A DNA stretch of 64,000 nucleotides from Trypanosoma brucei (taxonomy: Eukaryota): contig CH464491.1 in NCBI GenBank assembly GCA_000002445.1, positions 1,312,001 through 1,376,000 on the forward strand, given 5' to 3'. Within the stretch, counting starts at the first letter, position 1; each line of letters begins with the position of its first letter. The translations under genes and the position numbers were made by a program. The notes beneath the pieces were generated by a model, which had not been told where the DNA came from, made no database searches, and saw only the letters and a program-made list of their open reading frames with translations. This document shows, piece after piece, positions 8,399 through 19,100 of the stretch.

Positions 8399-10471
8399 AT
8401 GACCTCACTCTGTCCAATTACGAGTTCAATCACCGTAGCTATACGCAAGAGGCCAATCGCAAATAATGGAAACTCGGGAGACAAGGACATTGTTACATGT
8501 GAGGACTGTCGCACCATATCAGTGCACGAACCGAAGACACGCGTTGACCTTAAGGCAGTGGTGGAGACCTCAGCTTTTGCATTTGATTATGTATTTGATG
8601 AGTCTGTGGCAAACGATGTGGTATACAAGGTGTGCTGTCAACCGTTGCTGTCGGATGTACAGAACGGGGGAAGCGTTGTGGTTATTGCCTTTGGCCAGAC
8701 GGGCAGTGGGAAAACACACACCATGTTGGGTCACGGCAGCAAGACCATAGGGTTGTATGGATACGCCATTAGGGAGCTGATTGGCGAAGAAACCACTCGC
8801 AAGCTTGCGGTTAGCTTCTATGAGGTTTACGGTTCTAAGCTCTTTGACTTGTTGAATGGACGGACACAGTTGAAAATGATGCAGGATGAGGCTGACAATC
8901 TTCGGATTGTCGGGTTGTCGGAGAAAGTTGTCACATGTGACAAGGAGGTATATAAACTCATTTCAAAAGGAGAGTCGCTGCGTTCATCTGGGTCAACGCT
9001 CGCAAACGACACGAGCTCCCGATCGCACGCAGTGCTGGAAATCAAGGTTCTCAATTATCAGGGTGAGCCGCATGGTGGCCGAGTCACTCTTATAGATTTA
9101 GCCGGTAGTGAGCGGGCTGCGGATACGACAAGTAGTGATACAAGGGGACGACATGAAGGAGCTGAGATAAACAAGTCTCTGTTGGCCCTCAAGGAATGTA
9201 TTCGGGCCATGTCAAGGAACAGACGGCATATTCCTTTTCGTGCCTCCAAGTTGACGCAGGTGCTGCGTGAAAGTTTTATTGGTAATTGTAAGACATGTTT
9301 CATAGCGACAGTTTCACCCTTGCAGCGGCACTGTGAGGATACGCTGAACACGTTGCGGTATGCTAACCGCATAAGGGACCTTAAAGCCCCCTCCGATGAC
9401 GGCTTCAGCCGTAAGATATCGATGACATGCCCCAACTGCAATGGCCCCGTACGCCCTGATGCATCCCACACATGCGTGCGTTTGTCCACACGATGTCCGC
9501 ACTGTAGACAAGTGGTAGAAAAACATAACCTCGAAGGGCACATCGAGGAGTGTAGCGAGTTTCCCGTACGATGTCCTCGCTGTAATGAACTGTTAGTGCG
9601 CGGTGATATTCCACGGCACAATCGTCGTTGTTCCCGATCTCTAGTGCGCTGTCCGTTGTGCACATGCCACGTGATGCGCTGTGGTTTGGAGAAACACACT
9701 CTGATGGATTGCGGGGCCAAACTAGAGAAGTGTCGTTATTGTGGACAGGGGTTTCCACGTCACTCATTGAAGAGGCACGAAGACGTGTGCACGATGATGA
9801 AGATCGCCTGTCCTTATTGTCTGCAATATTTTAGAAAAGTTTGCGTAGATGCTCATGCCTCGGTGTGTGTAAGGAACCCAAACTGCAGGCGAGTGTCACC
9901 GTCAAGGATTAGGGATTCGGGTGAAGAGGTGTGGAAGATAACAAACGGAAAGGAATGGCGGCAACGGCCTCGGATGTTAAGGAACCAGTCGTTGAAGCAG
10001 CTTGAGGCAATCTCTCGAACAAAATCAAGTGTGCAGCTTCGGGAAGGGCGAAAACCCTTAGGGCCACTTGAAGACAATTTTTCACTTCCCGCTTTGCACG
10101 CACCCTCCTCAGCCCCCGACAGGAAACACCCACCGGTTACCAGCGCTTTCACCGAAAGCCTACAAAGTCACCCCAACAGCGAGGACGATGATGCCGACAA
10201 GGAAGTTTGCAGAACCGCCCCAACTATCAGTGGAGAAAATAGCAGCCGAGTTGGAGGTGAAGGTTGTGTTTGCCCTTACGCTGCCTATGGTTGCTTGCAC
10301 ACTGTGTGTGACTCTTCTCTAGAGAAGCATATGAAAGACTCGGTAGAAATGCATCTGCAATTGGTTCGTGACTACGCAGAGCGGGTTTCAGAAGAAAATA
10401 ACATTCTTCGGGAGCGTGTGAATGAGGGCACCACTAAGGCTTCAAAGCTTCATGAACTTGAAAGCGTGTGA
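8399..10471 (+). CDS. Kinesin-13 family motor protein with C-terminal TRAF-type zinc-finger repeats
   Basis: ATG start. Motor motifs GQTGSGKTHTM (P-loop), SSRSH (switch I), DLAGSE (switch II). Kinesin-13-type neck and loop (KTRVDLKAVVETSAFAFDYVFDE), as in MCAK. The C-terminal half has repeated C-x2-C...H-x3-C units (CPNCNG..., CPHCRQ..., CPRCNE..., CPLCTCH..., CRYCGQ..., CPYCLQ...) typical of TRAF-type zinc fingers. Confidence 0.85.
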   Translation: MTSLCPITSSITVAIRKRPIANNGNSGDKDIVTCEDCRTISVHEPKTRVDLKAVVETSAFAFDYVFDESVANDVVYKVCCQPLLSDVQNGGSVVVIAFGQTGSGKTHTMLGHGSKTIGLYGYAIRELIGEETTRKLAVSFYEVYGSKLFDLLNGRTQLKMMQDEADNLRIVGLSEKVVTCDKEVYKLISKGESLRSSGSTLANDTSSRSHAVLEIKVLNYQGEPHGGRVTLIDLAGSERAADTTSSDTRGRHEGAEINKSLLALKECIRAMSRNRRHIPFRASKLTQVLRESFIGNCKTCFIATVSPLQRHCEDTLNTLRYANRIRDLKAPSDDGFSRKISMTCPNCNGPVRPDASHTCVRLSTRCPHCRQVVEKHNLEGHIEECSEFPVRCPRCNELLVRGDIPRHNRRCSRSLVRCPLCTCHVMRCGLEKHTLMDCGAKLEKCRYCGQGFPRHSLKRHEDVCTMMKIACPYCLQYFRKVCVDAHASVCVRNPNCRRVSPSRIRDSGEEVWKITNGKEWRQRPRMLRNQSLKQLEAISRTKSSVQLREGRKPLGPLEDNFSLPALHAPSSAPDRKHPPVTSAFTESLQSHPNSEDDDADKEVCRTAPTISGENSSRVGGEGCVCPYAAYGCLHTVCDSSLEKHMKDSVEMHLQLVRDYAERVSEENNILRERVNEGTTKASKLHELESV

Positions 10472-11627
10472 ACCTGCAAATTAAATCACATGCCTCAGTG
10501 CGCACAAGCATATATCCACATATATTTGTTTATTTCTTTATATATCCGGCACGTATTTAGTTAATTGACAGAGCGGATTGCAGTTAATAGAGGACTTTTT
10601 TTTCCTGCAATCGAGTATATATATATTTTTTCGCTTTCTTTTTTCTTCGTTCCACTATGCCCGTGCTGCAGAGCCCCTGTTTTTAGTTTTTTTTACTATC
10701 CACTAGCGTAGGGTAACGCTTATGCTTACTAACTACCAGTTGCCTTTCCGGTATCGGCGAGGAAGGGAACGGAAGAGGTTTTTTTTAAAAAAAGATTAAA
10801 GGAAGAAGCGGTGACAGGTGTTGACGTACCGCAGTATTCTCATTCGGTTCAGTTCACGTTTCCTTCAATTGGTTTCTACTTTTTTTTTTGTTTAATCTTT
10901 CACTTTCTGCTTTCTCCCTTTTCCCTTTTCCCCTCCCCGCTTCCGTACCCCTATTTTCCTCTGGCCTCCGCCCTGTGGGCGAAAAAGGTGAGTAAATGTG
11001 TTACGAGTATGCAACTGTGCATAAATATATGAATAAATATATATATATATAACTAGAACAGTAAATAAGAGCATTGAATTGCGGTAACCCGTGGTGGTGA
11101 AAGGAGCTGCAACAAACTTGGAGGAAAGAAAAAAAAAGGAAATGAAAATGTGATTTCGCTCCCCTCCTTCCTTTCTTCCTTACACACATACTCGCTTCCC
11201 CTCCCCCCTCCCCACAATTTCTCTCTCATTTTCTCATTGGGAATTATGCTCCCGGCGACCGATGCATGTGAAGACGTGCCGTGTTGTTGTCGTCCCCCCC
11301 CGTGTGGTGTTATTACCATTGTGCTTTTGCATTATTGTTCTTTTTTGTTTGTTTGTTTGTTTTCATTTCAACAAATTGTTGGGTCCCCCTCCCTCCGCAC
11401 ACCCCTGATTGGGTATTCTGTTTTGCTTTGACGCGCACCCGTATTTTCTACCGTCGTTATTGTTGATTCCTGCTTACATCTCTGCTGTCGTTATCAGTAC
11501 ACTTATATTATGGTCAAGATGTTCGTCACTTAACTGACTAAATTAACCCAACATTGTTATTATTGTGAATATTAATGCTTTTATTTGTTGCTGGCGCTTT
11601 TTTTTTTCGAATTTATGCTTTTTCCTC

Positions 11628-11670
11628 CTATATATATATATATATATATATTTATTTATTTATTTATATA
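11628..11670. repeat. (TA)n / (TTTA)n microsatellite
   Basis: tatatatatatatatatatatatttatttatttatttatatata. Confidence 0.9.
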
Positions 11671-12279
11671 TAGTTTCATCGGTATAGGGCAGTGTGTATA
11701 TGTGTGAAGGAATGAGAGAAAAAGGAATTAGGGGGAGAGAGTAGAAGGAACCGAAGAAATGGAAAAGAAAGCGAGGGAAATGTGCCATCGGGTTGTGGTA
11801 TTTTTGGCCGCTAAATCAAGTATGTATGAAGAAATGCATTTAACAAATGAGCAAGTCATCAAGTGGGGTTGCAACTGCGGCCTCATTGGGTAACTACTTG
11901 CCGCATATGTGCGATGAATGGCATTCGTGTATATATATATATACGCATTTTATATTTCACCTTCATATATATTTGTGGTTCCATTTCATCAACTCATGTC
12001 TCAGTTGTATTACGTCTGACGTTATTCCCGCACGCTTGTTTTATTATTATTTTTTTCCTCCCCCTTTTCGTTTTTCCTCATTCCAATCCTTTTTAATAGG
12101 TAACAAGGTGTAGCTCCTCTCCTGTCCCTTTAGGTAATAGGGAGGGATTTTCCACCCGCGAAAGTGCGGTGTGTGTGCGTGTGGAAAAAACAAACCAAAT
12201 AATTAGTTCTTTAAAAAAAAAACAAAAAGAAGGAAGGGGGTAAGACGAGTTATTTTTGACTCGTGTCTTGGAGGGAAAT

Positions 12280-12609
12280 ATGCCGGGCATTGAGCGTCTT
12301 CGAGAAGAGGTGGAGCAACTGAGAAGTGAAACCAATAGACTAAAGGAAAATTTGAAATTGCAGAATCCACAAAGTGTCAGGGAGAGGAGCGGCTCGGACC
12401 GTCAGCATATGGAAGTGGAGTCATTTAGAGCTCAAATACGAAAGCATCACGCGGATGCCCCGATTTTGAAACTCCATGACGAATTATTAAGAGCGGAGCA
12501 GCGATGTACCCAATACGCCGATGCCTTGGCAGAAAGCAAAGGAAACTTCGTAAACATGAAGAGGCTCTACCAGGAACTCAGCGATATTCTTGACGGATGT
12601 TCAGCGTAA
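12280..12609 (+). CDS. Small coiled-coil hypothetical protein (109 aa from first ATG)
   Basis: ORF 12256..12609 has a TTG track start; first ATG is at 12280. Heptad-like charged sequence (IERLREEVEQLRSETNRLKENLKL). Sits in an otherwise long non-coding spacer. Could be spurious. Confidence 0.35.
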   Translation: MPGIERLREEVEQLRSETNRLKENLKLQNPQSVRERSGSDRQHMEVESFRAQIRKHHADAPILKLHDELLRAEQRCTQYADALAESKGNFVNMKRLYQELSDILDGCSA

Positions 12610-13454
12610 TGAAATGTTGTGTTTTTTTTTATATATTGTGGGGAAGTTTGGCTCCGCCCTTATTTGTGTCTTTTCCTCCCGTTTCCTACGGGGGAGGAGG
12701 GGGGAAAAAAACATCTAGTGGGGGGATTTCTTTTTTACCGCCCTTCAGTGCCGCCTCCTCGAGTTTCTGCGGCTTCGCTCGCTTAATTATTTGCTGTTTC
12801 GACTACTGTGAGGATGAGGGATCCATGAGATGTATTAGCTGTGGTGTTTCAATACAGCGATGAGTGAGGTGTTGTGTTCTCTTTTGTCTCATATTTTTCT
12901 GCTCCCCCTCTTTTTTTACATCTCCCTTTTCGCTTCACCGTGTGAGGCATACGAATTATCTGGCGGTTGTATTGTACATATTTGTATCTAAAGAGGAAAC
13001 GGCTGAAGTGCGAAGGGAAACATACAAATTGTGAGTTGCTGTCGTGTCTCATTTGCTTCAGTACAGGTGTAGTGCAGTGAAGTGTGACCATAATTTACTT
13101 CACAACTTCCCTTTTCGCTTCTTTTTACCACGGCTTGGTGAGTTTTTTTTCCTTTCTTTTTTTCCCCCTTAAATCTCGGATTCCCCGTAAGCGTCTGCTT
13201 TCAACATTGTGTTGGCGTCTGCTCACATAGCATCCACGTTTTTTTTTTTAAGGGGCAGTTACAAGGGCTTCTCACATCACGTGAAACTACAGGGGGGGGG
13301 GAAGTGCGGAAAGGGCTCTTCCGCAACACCGACTTCGTACGGTTTGTGTGTGGTAACGAAAGAAAAAAGTGGAAGTGAAGGCAGGGAAAGAACACCTTCC
13401 ACCTTCGGGTTAGGTAAATAAGTATAAGCATTACGTAAATAAAAGGCAGACAAC

Positions 13455-14495
13455 ATGAGGCCAGATTACATGGGTTTCATGTTCCTTACGAGCGGTGTAA
13501 TGTCGTTCAACGCGGGAATCTGGCAACTGCATCGCCGGCGGCAGAAGCGCCGTTTGATGGAAAACCACAAGAATATCCGCAAACCTCCAGTATATGAACT
13601 TCCACCAGGAGATGCCACCATCGACGAGTTTGAATTCCTCCCAGCCGCCTTCGAGGGCACATTTGATAACGAAGGCTCCATGCTTGTGGGCCCGCGTGCT
13701 CTTCCGACTTATAAGGGAGCCTCTTCAAACGAAGAGAGTAACGGGGGATTTCTGGTGGTGACGCCTTTTGAGATTGCCCACACCGGTCAGTTCATAATGG
13801 TGAACCGTGGCTGGGTTCCCATAGACGCCGGAAAGCACAGGACTCTCCTCATGCAGTACGTTGGCGAGGGTTTCACACCGGGTTCAGTGCGTGGCATATT
13901 CCGGCGTGAGGAATACATGTCTGCTTCACTAATTTGGGGACCGAATAAAGACAATGAGGGCCCCGTTGCCGCGGATTTATCGTGGCTGGTCATGCGCCCA
14001 TGGAACATGGCGGTCCACTACTACAAGCGCAGGTGGGGACCTGATCGTGCAGAGGAGTCGGTAGAAAAGCACGGTGCGCGGCATTACTACTTGGAAATGA
14101 TTGAGGACTATTCGGGAGATGACCAGCGAATGGTGCGCGGCCACCCGTGGCCATGGCGACGCAGCGTAGATGAAATAACTTACGTCCACTTACCCCCTTC
14201 TGTGCATACCATGTACATTTTCTTCTGGTTCTCTGTTACTCTGGGGTCTCTCTACGGTATGGGTAAATGCTACAAACGACAGAAGGAACTCTTTGCGCTG
14301 CGCAGGCAAATGACTGCACAGACAACACTGCTGGAACGGAAACGACAAGAGGAAGCGAAAATGTACATGGAGGCAATGAAGGAGGTGGAGCGGTTGAAGA
14401 AGTTGGGAACTGTCGCGGCACCGCGAATTGGGTCACAACCAACTGAACAACAGAAGTCAGATGAAAAGTCTCCCGCCTCAGGGGAGAAGTCGTAA
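13455..14495 (+). CDS. SURF1: SURF1/Shy1 family cytochrome c oxidase assembly protein
   Basis: ATG start. N-terminal TM helix followed by the conserved GIWQLHRRRQK motif (cf. GTWQVQRRKWK in human SURF1). Later VVTPFE...IMVNRGWVP matches the SURF1 VVTPF...ILVNRGFVP block. A second TM helix lies near the C-terminus (MYIFFWFSVTLGSLYG). Confidence 0.88.
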   Translation: MRPDYMGFMFLTSGVMSFNAGIWQLHRRRQKRRLMENHKNIRKPPVYELPPGDATIDEFEFLPAAFEGTFDNEGSMLVGPRALPTYKGASSNEESNGGFLVVTPFEIAHTGQFIMVNRGWVPIDAGKHRTLLMQYVGEGFTPGSVRGIFRREEYMSASLIWGPNKDNEGPVAADLSWLVMRPWNMAVHYYKRRWGPDRAEESVEKHGARHYYLEMIEDYSGDDQRMVRGHPWPWRRSVDEITYVHLPPSVHTMYIFFWFSVTLGSLYGMGKCYKRQKELFALRRQMTAQTTLLERKRQEEAKMYMEAMKEVERLKKLGTVAAPRIGSQPTEQQKSDEKSPASGEKS

Positions 14496-15994
14496 TGGCG
14501 AGATGTGAAGGTCATTCCGGGACGGATTGGACACCCCACGTTGTCATGATGTATGGGTGTTTCAAAAAAAAAAAAAAAGTTGCACCGTGTAACCGCCCAC
14601 TATTGGGAAGTTTGCGTTGGGAACCTTTCTCGTTAATTTATCGTTGTTACTTCACATACATGTATAAGTTGTTTTTTTTAAATTTTCCCCTATCATTTTT
14701 GTTTTTTTTTCTTTGGTCGTTTCGAAGTGAGCACAGATGGTAACTATATAACTCTTAAGATACTGTTTGATGCTCCCTTATTTTGTTGGTATATATATTT
14801 TTTTATTTTTTTTTGCGTGTGTGTGTAATGACATTATTCGCCTGCTAAACTGTGCAGTATTTGCGCCGCGGCACACTGTTCCTCACGTCTCGTGTATCAC
14901 ATGTATCCTCCTTTTTCGTTTTATTGTTGCAGTTCCTTCATGCTCTTTGGTCGCTAAGCGTTTGATAATTAAAAAGTTTCTGGTGTTAGTGCCGTTCTGC
15001 GTACGTGTTGAAAGCCAGAAAATGGCTCCAGCTTCTATCTTTCAGCGCGGTGTGGAGGAGGGGAAAGGAGGAAAGGGGTTGAGTGCTTTTTTTTATTTTT
15101 ATTTTTGCCATATATACCGCACAAGAATAAATGAAACTGTTCCTGGATTCCGTTCCGATGTGCGTTTACTTAAAGTTTACTGTGGAGATTAAAGAGATGA
15201 AAATGTAGTATCTTCCGTTGACTCCGGTGTGAAGCCACAAATACCATAGCGTGGGGCGTGGAAGAATTATGTTGTGGTCAATTAATGTAATTACCCATGT
15301 CGTGGCATGTTTTGGGGATGGACCATTTCACTTTGATTTATATGTAGTCACTTAGTACGTGGAATGTGTGCAATTTTTTGTTGTTGTTTGCCCACCGTTC
15401 GTGTGTCCGCACGACTGAGTTTACAACAAATCCGGGTATCGGGAGAAAACGGAACGGGTGGGTCGCCACCAAAAAGATGGATTTTTTTAAAACAGCTTTT
15501 TCCCCCCCCCCTCGCATATTAAGTGGCAGGAAGTCCGTAATTCAGCTGACATGGTGCAGAGTAGAGATTGTTCCCACTTGTGCCATTTTTCTGTCTTTTT
15601 TTTCCTCGCGTCGGATGAGCGGTGCTCGCCGGTGTCCCAGCGGGTGCTAACCGAGGCATGACCGGAATTAAGTTTTGGCAGTGCTCTTCCGTCTACTCAC
15701 GTAGTGGTCTTTAATCGATGGTGGCGTTGAAGGCGTAACCTCCTCAGGGAAACTCAGCGCCGATGGAAAATTGAAATGTGGCGGCATTCTTCTCATTTTA
15801 CTTGTTAAGGTGGCACGCAAGACAATATGGAATTATATCCATGAGGCAAAGGTTACCGCTGGTGTCGAGTGTATATTCTGGTGGTCCGCATAGTGATAAA
15901 AGTGTGCATATTGGCGTGCATGTACGATATCGTGCACGCGTACGAGACAGGGGGGGGGGGAGAACCGTTATTCACAGCTGTGGACTGTACATTT

Positions 15995-16050
15995 CTTGTA
16001 TTTCCTCTCCGCCTTCCTCCGCCCCCTCCCCTACATTGGTTTTATATTTT
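15995..16050 (+). promoter_or_regulatory. Polypyrimidine tract upstream of the DNA polymerase gene
   Basis: tttcctctccgccttcctccgccccctcccctacattggtttt lies ~100 nt upstream of the ORF. Confidence 0.4.
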
Positions 16051-16146
16051 AAAAAAGGGCTATCACGTGTAGCACAAGGGCATATAGAAAGAGAGGTATA
16101 CGTGCCTATTTGTATAGATATAGACTTTCATATAGAGTGAGTGTGC

Positions 16147-19100
16147 ATGCGGCTAAATAGCTGCTGGATACGGAGGGTACACAGGGGAATTGCACAGTCG
16201 AACTTAAGATGTGTCTCTACCTTCGCCGCTCTTGTAAAGGTGCAAGAAGCCCTGAAAAGTTCGAAACCATTTGCTGATGATGCCAAGGGTTTTGCAGAGT
16301 TCTTTCGAGTTCCATGTCTTCCCGGCGTTGGGGCGCAGGAGAGCGTTCGCCGCCACTACGACCGAGTGCTCCGAGACCTCAAGCAACAAAAAGATAGCTA
16401 CGTCATGCGACAACAAGGACAAGATGAGCGTGTCAACGAGGAACTTCCAATCTTTTTGGTCTCATATGATACTGGATCGAAAAACTTTTACCTCTTTTCG
16501 GTCGAGAAAGATTGCAATGCAGTCCGCTCTCCAGCTGATGGTGAGTCAGACGTATCAGGTTTGGCGGACGAACTAATGCAATACACACGCGGCATGACAC
16601 AAGCGATTATGATTCCCATTGTGGCCGACGAAGAGGAGCGGGGAGCTCTGGCCCCTCACCTGACGCGACTCAGCGGTGAACTGAAACGGTGTGGCATCAT
16701 TCCTGTTCTCAGTGTTGATAGCTTAGAAATCATAAAGACACTAGATCCCCAGCAGTCGCCTGTTCGTATCGTGACAAAAGGTCGCGGCAAGCATGCGTCG
16801 GAGCCACTCACCGAAGAGTGGTTTCGCGCCCATTGGGTACACCTGCGCACGCTCGTCTTCAAATCCAGCGAGGAGGACCCCATTATTACTTTGAACCGCC
16901 TCGTCGCGCCACGGTTTACCATATATGTTATTCACCTGGTGCGCGCAGGTTCCCGCGGACTTAACGTGGCCCTTTATGAGCCGCTTCAGAAAAAACGATA
17001 TGGAGCAAAGGGGATGCTTTCCGACGTTTTGGGCTGCCTCTTAGAGAGGCAAGCAAAGCAGGTGATATTTCTCCCAACGAACCGTACAGATCGTCCCACA
17101 TTACTGCGATGTCGTACCGCGCTCACAAAAATGGGACGCACTTGTTACCTTGTCTTCCCATCAGAGATTGGGGAAAAGTATCGTGGGGTATATCAGTCGG
17201 ATCCGGCCCGGTACTGGTCATCGCTATGTGAGGTAAAAGGTTCTCTCGACGCAGATTTCAGCTTTGAAGTGTACGCAACTGTAGGAAATAATATTCGCAC
17301 CCAGCAGTACAAGCGAACGAGAGAAAATTTACTAGAGAAGCAGGCTTCCTTAAGCAGCGAAAATAACATGCCGGCAGTAACAAACTCTGAGGTGGAGAAG
17401 TGGCTTCGTGTTCTTTCACTCGATAAGCGTGTGTCATGTGAAAAGGCACAAATGCGCAAGTACAAAAAGTACCTTGTGATTGCATTCATGGCGACGGAAT
17501 TTGCTGCATACACTCGACCGGCAAACCCCCACGCACCTGCGAATTATGTGGTAGCTACTAGCATTATGGACTATCAGCAACAGGTTGTGGAGCCATGGAC
17601 CAAGTACTCTTCCCGCGGGGAGTTCAAGCTACCCTCATTGGAAGGGTTCGATGTTATTGTGTGTCACGATGTTAAACACTTCGTGTTATTGATATGGGAC
17701 GATCCCGAACTCCGACGTTTCTTAAAGCGTGGGGGAAGGGTGTGGTGCACGATGTTCGCAGAATACCTCCTCGACGCCCAGAGGTGTCAGTCTGGCAGCA
17801 ATAGCCTTCACGACGTGGCAATGAAATACGGCATCCTCACACCACAGTCGTCGGTTTTGGGGCTCAGTACGCCAGACCTCCCCATTGCATTTATTCAACA
17901 CTACCTGGTAGCCGCAGTGGATGCTATATCCCGTGTTTTTCAAGAACAACTCAAAAAGGCCTGTGGGAATAGCCAATTGATTTGTGTCGCCCATCGGATG
18001 GATTCGTTGCTAGCGATGGCTTCCATAGAGAAGGCTGGAATTCACATCGATTCCAAGGAGGCAACTCTGCAGGCACAGGCGATCCGTAATCGGTTATTGG
18101 CTATCGACAAGTCTCTCTCTCTTTATGCACCCGATGAAATACCACTTGACATGCAACGGTTCTTCGACTGGACTTCCTTACAACACCTTCAGGCCTACTT
18201 CTTCGGTGGAAGCATTACGTTGGGCTACACAGACATTTCGCGTGATTCCTCCACATGGACCGCCCATCTCATTCATCTCTGCCATAAATACGGCAACCTC
18301 GGGCTCATGTCGGCAGATGTGCACCTACAGCGGTTCGCTTCTGAAAGAGGGTTGCGGGGAGCTGGGCGTTTACCACAGCGTGTGGCACGATTCTTTGATG
18401 CGGACGGAAGCTCCCGGAGGCGCAAGTACAGACTAGTTGTATTTGATATTGAATCCACGGGATTGAATACAGCGACTGACGCCATAATTGAGGTTGCTGC
18501 ATTTGATCCCGTGGAGGGGACGTCTTTTAGCTCATTGGTAAATCCGCAACGCCCCATCCCGCCACAGTCTACCGCTATCCATCACATAACCGACAGTATG
18601 GTGCAGGGAGCTCCGCGTTTGTCAGAGGTTACACAAGCCTTTGCACGGTACTTGCGGCTGAGTGAAGGGCAGCGCGATGAGGATGAAGTTACAATCCTCA
18701 TAGGTCACAATGTTTTCGCCCTTGATGAACCGCTCCTTCGCCGCGCTTTTCGGTCTGAAAGTGTGGATACAGAGAACCTTCTCTTTTGTGATTCGCTCAC
18801 TATACTTAAGGGTCTCAAGCAGGAACTGCAGGGGTCAAAGAAAGATTCGAAGTTTGACAGAGGGGTGCTGGATATATTGACCAACTCACTTCGTCTCTCT
18901 TCCCTCGTAGAAGGCTTGCGTGTAGAGGCCGACGGAGAACTTCACCGTGCCGACACGGATGCGAAAATGCTGTGGTTTGTTCTCGTTAACGCTTTCGGTA
19001 TCGGGGGAAAGGATGCCGTCAAGCAGCGCGATGAGGTGCTTAGCCATGCTGTACGCACGCTGGTATTGTACCCAGGTGTTGGGTGTTTTCTTCCGCAGGA

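Noticed and set aside
9058-9720. 220-aa minus-strand ORF inside the kinesin gene, and many similar 60-200-aa antisense ORFs inside long + strand CDSs (e.g. 22396..22995, 60563..61432, 36811..37293)
   Set aside because: GC-rich coding DNA generates antisense open frames. None has motifs. All overlap well-supported + strand genes, and kinetoplastid transcription units are unidirectional.
14767-15192. 141-aa + strand ORF in the SURF1-polymerase spacer
   Set aside because: The translation is Phe/Ile/Leu-rich nonsense derived from T-rich intergenic DNA, with non-coding composition.
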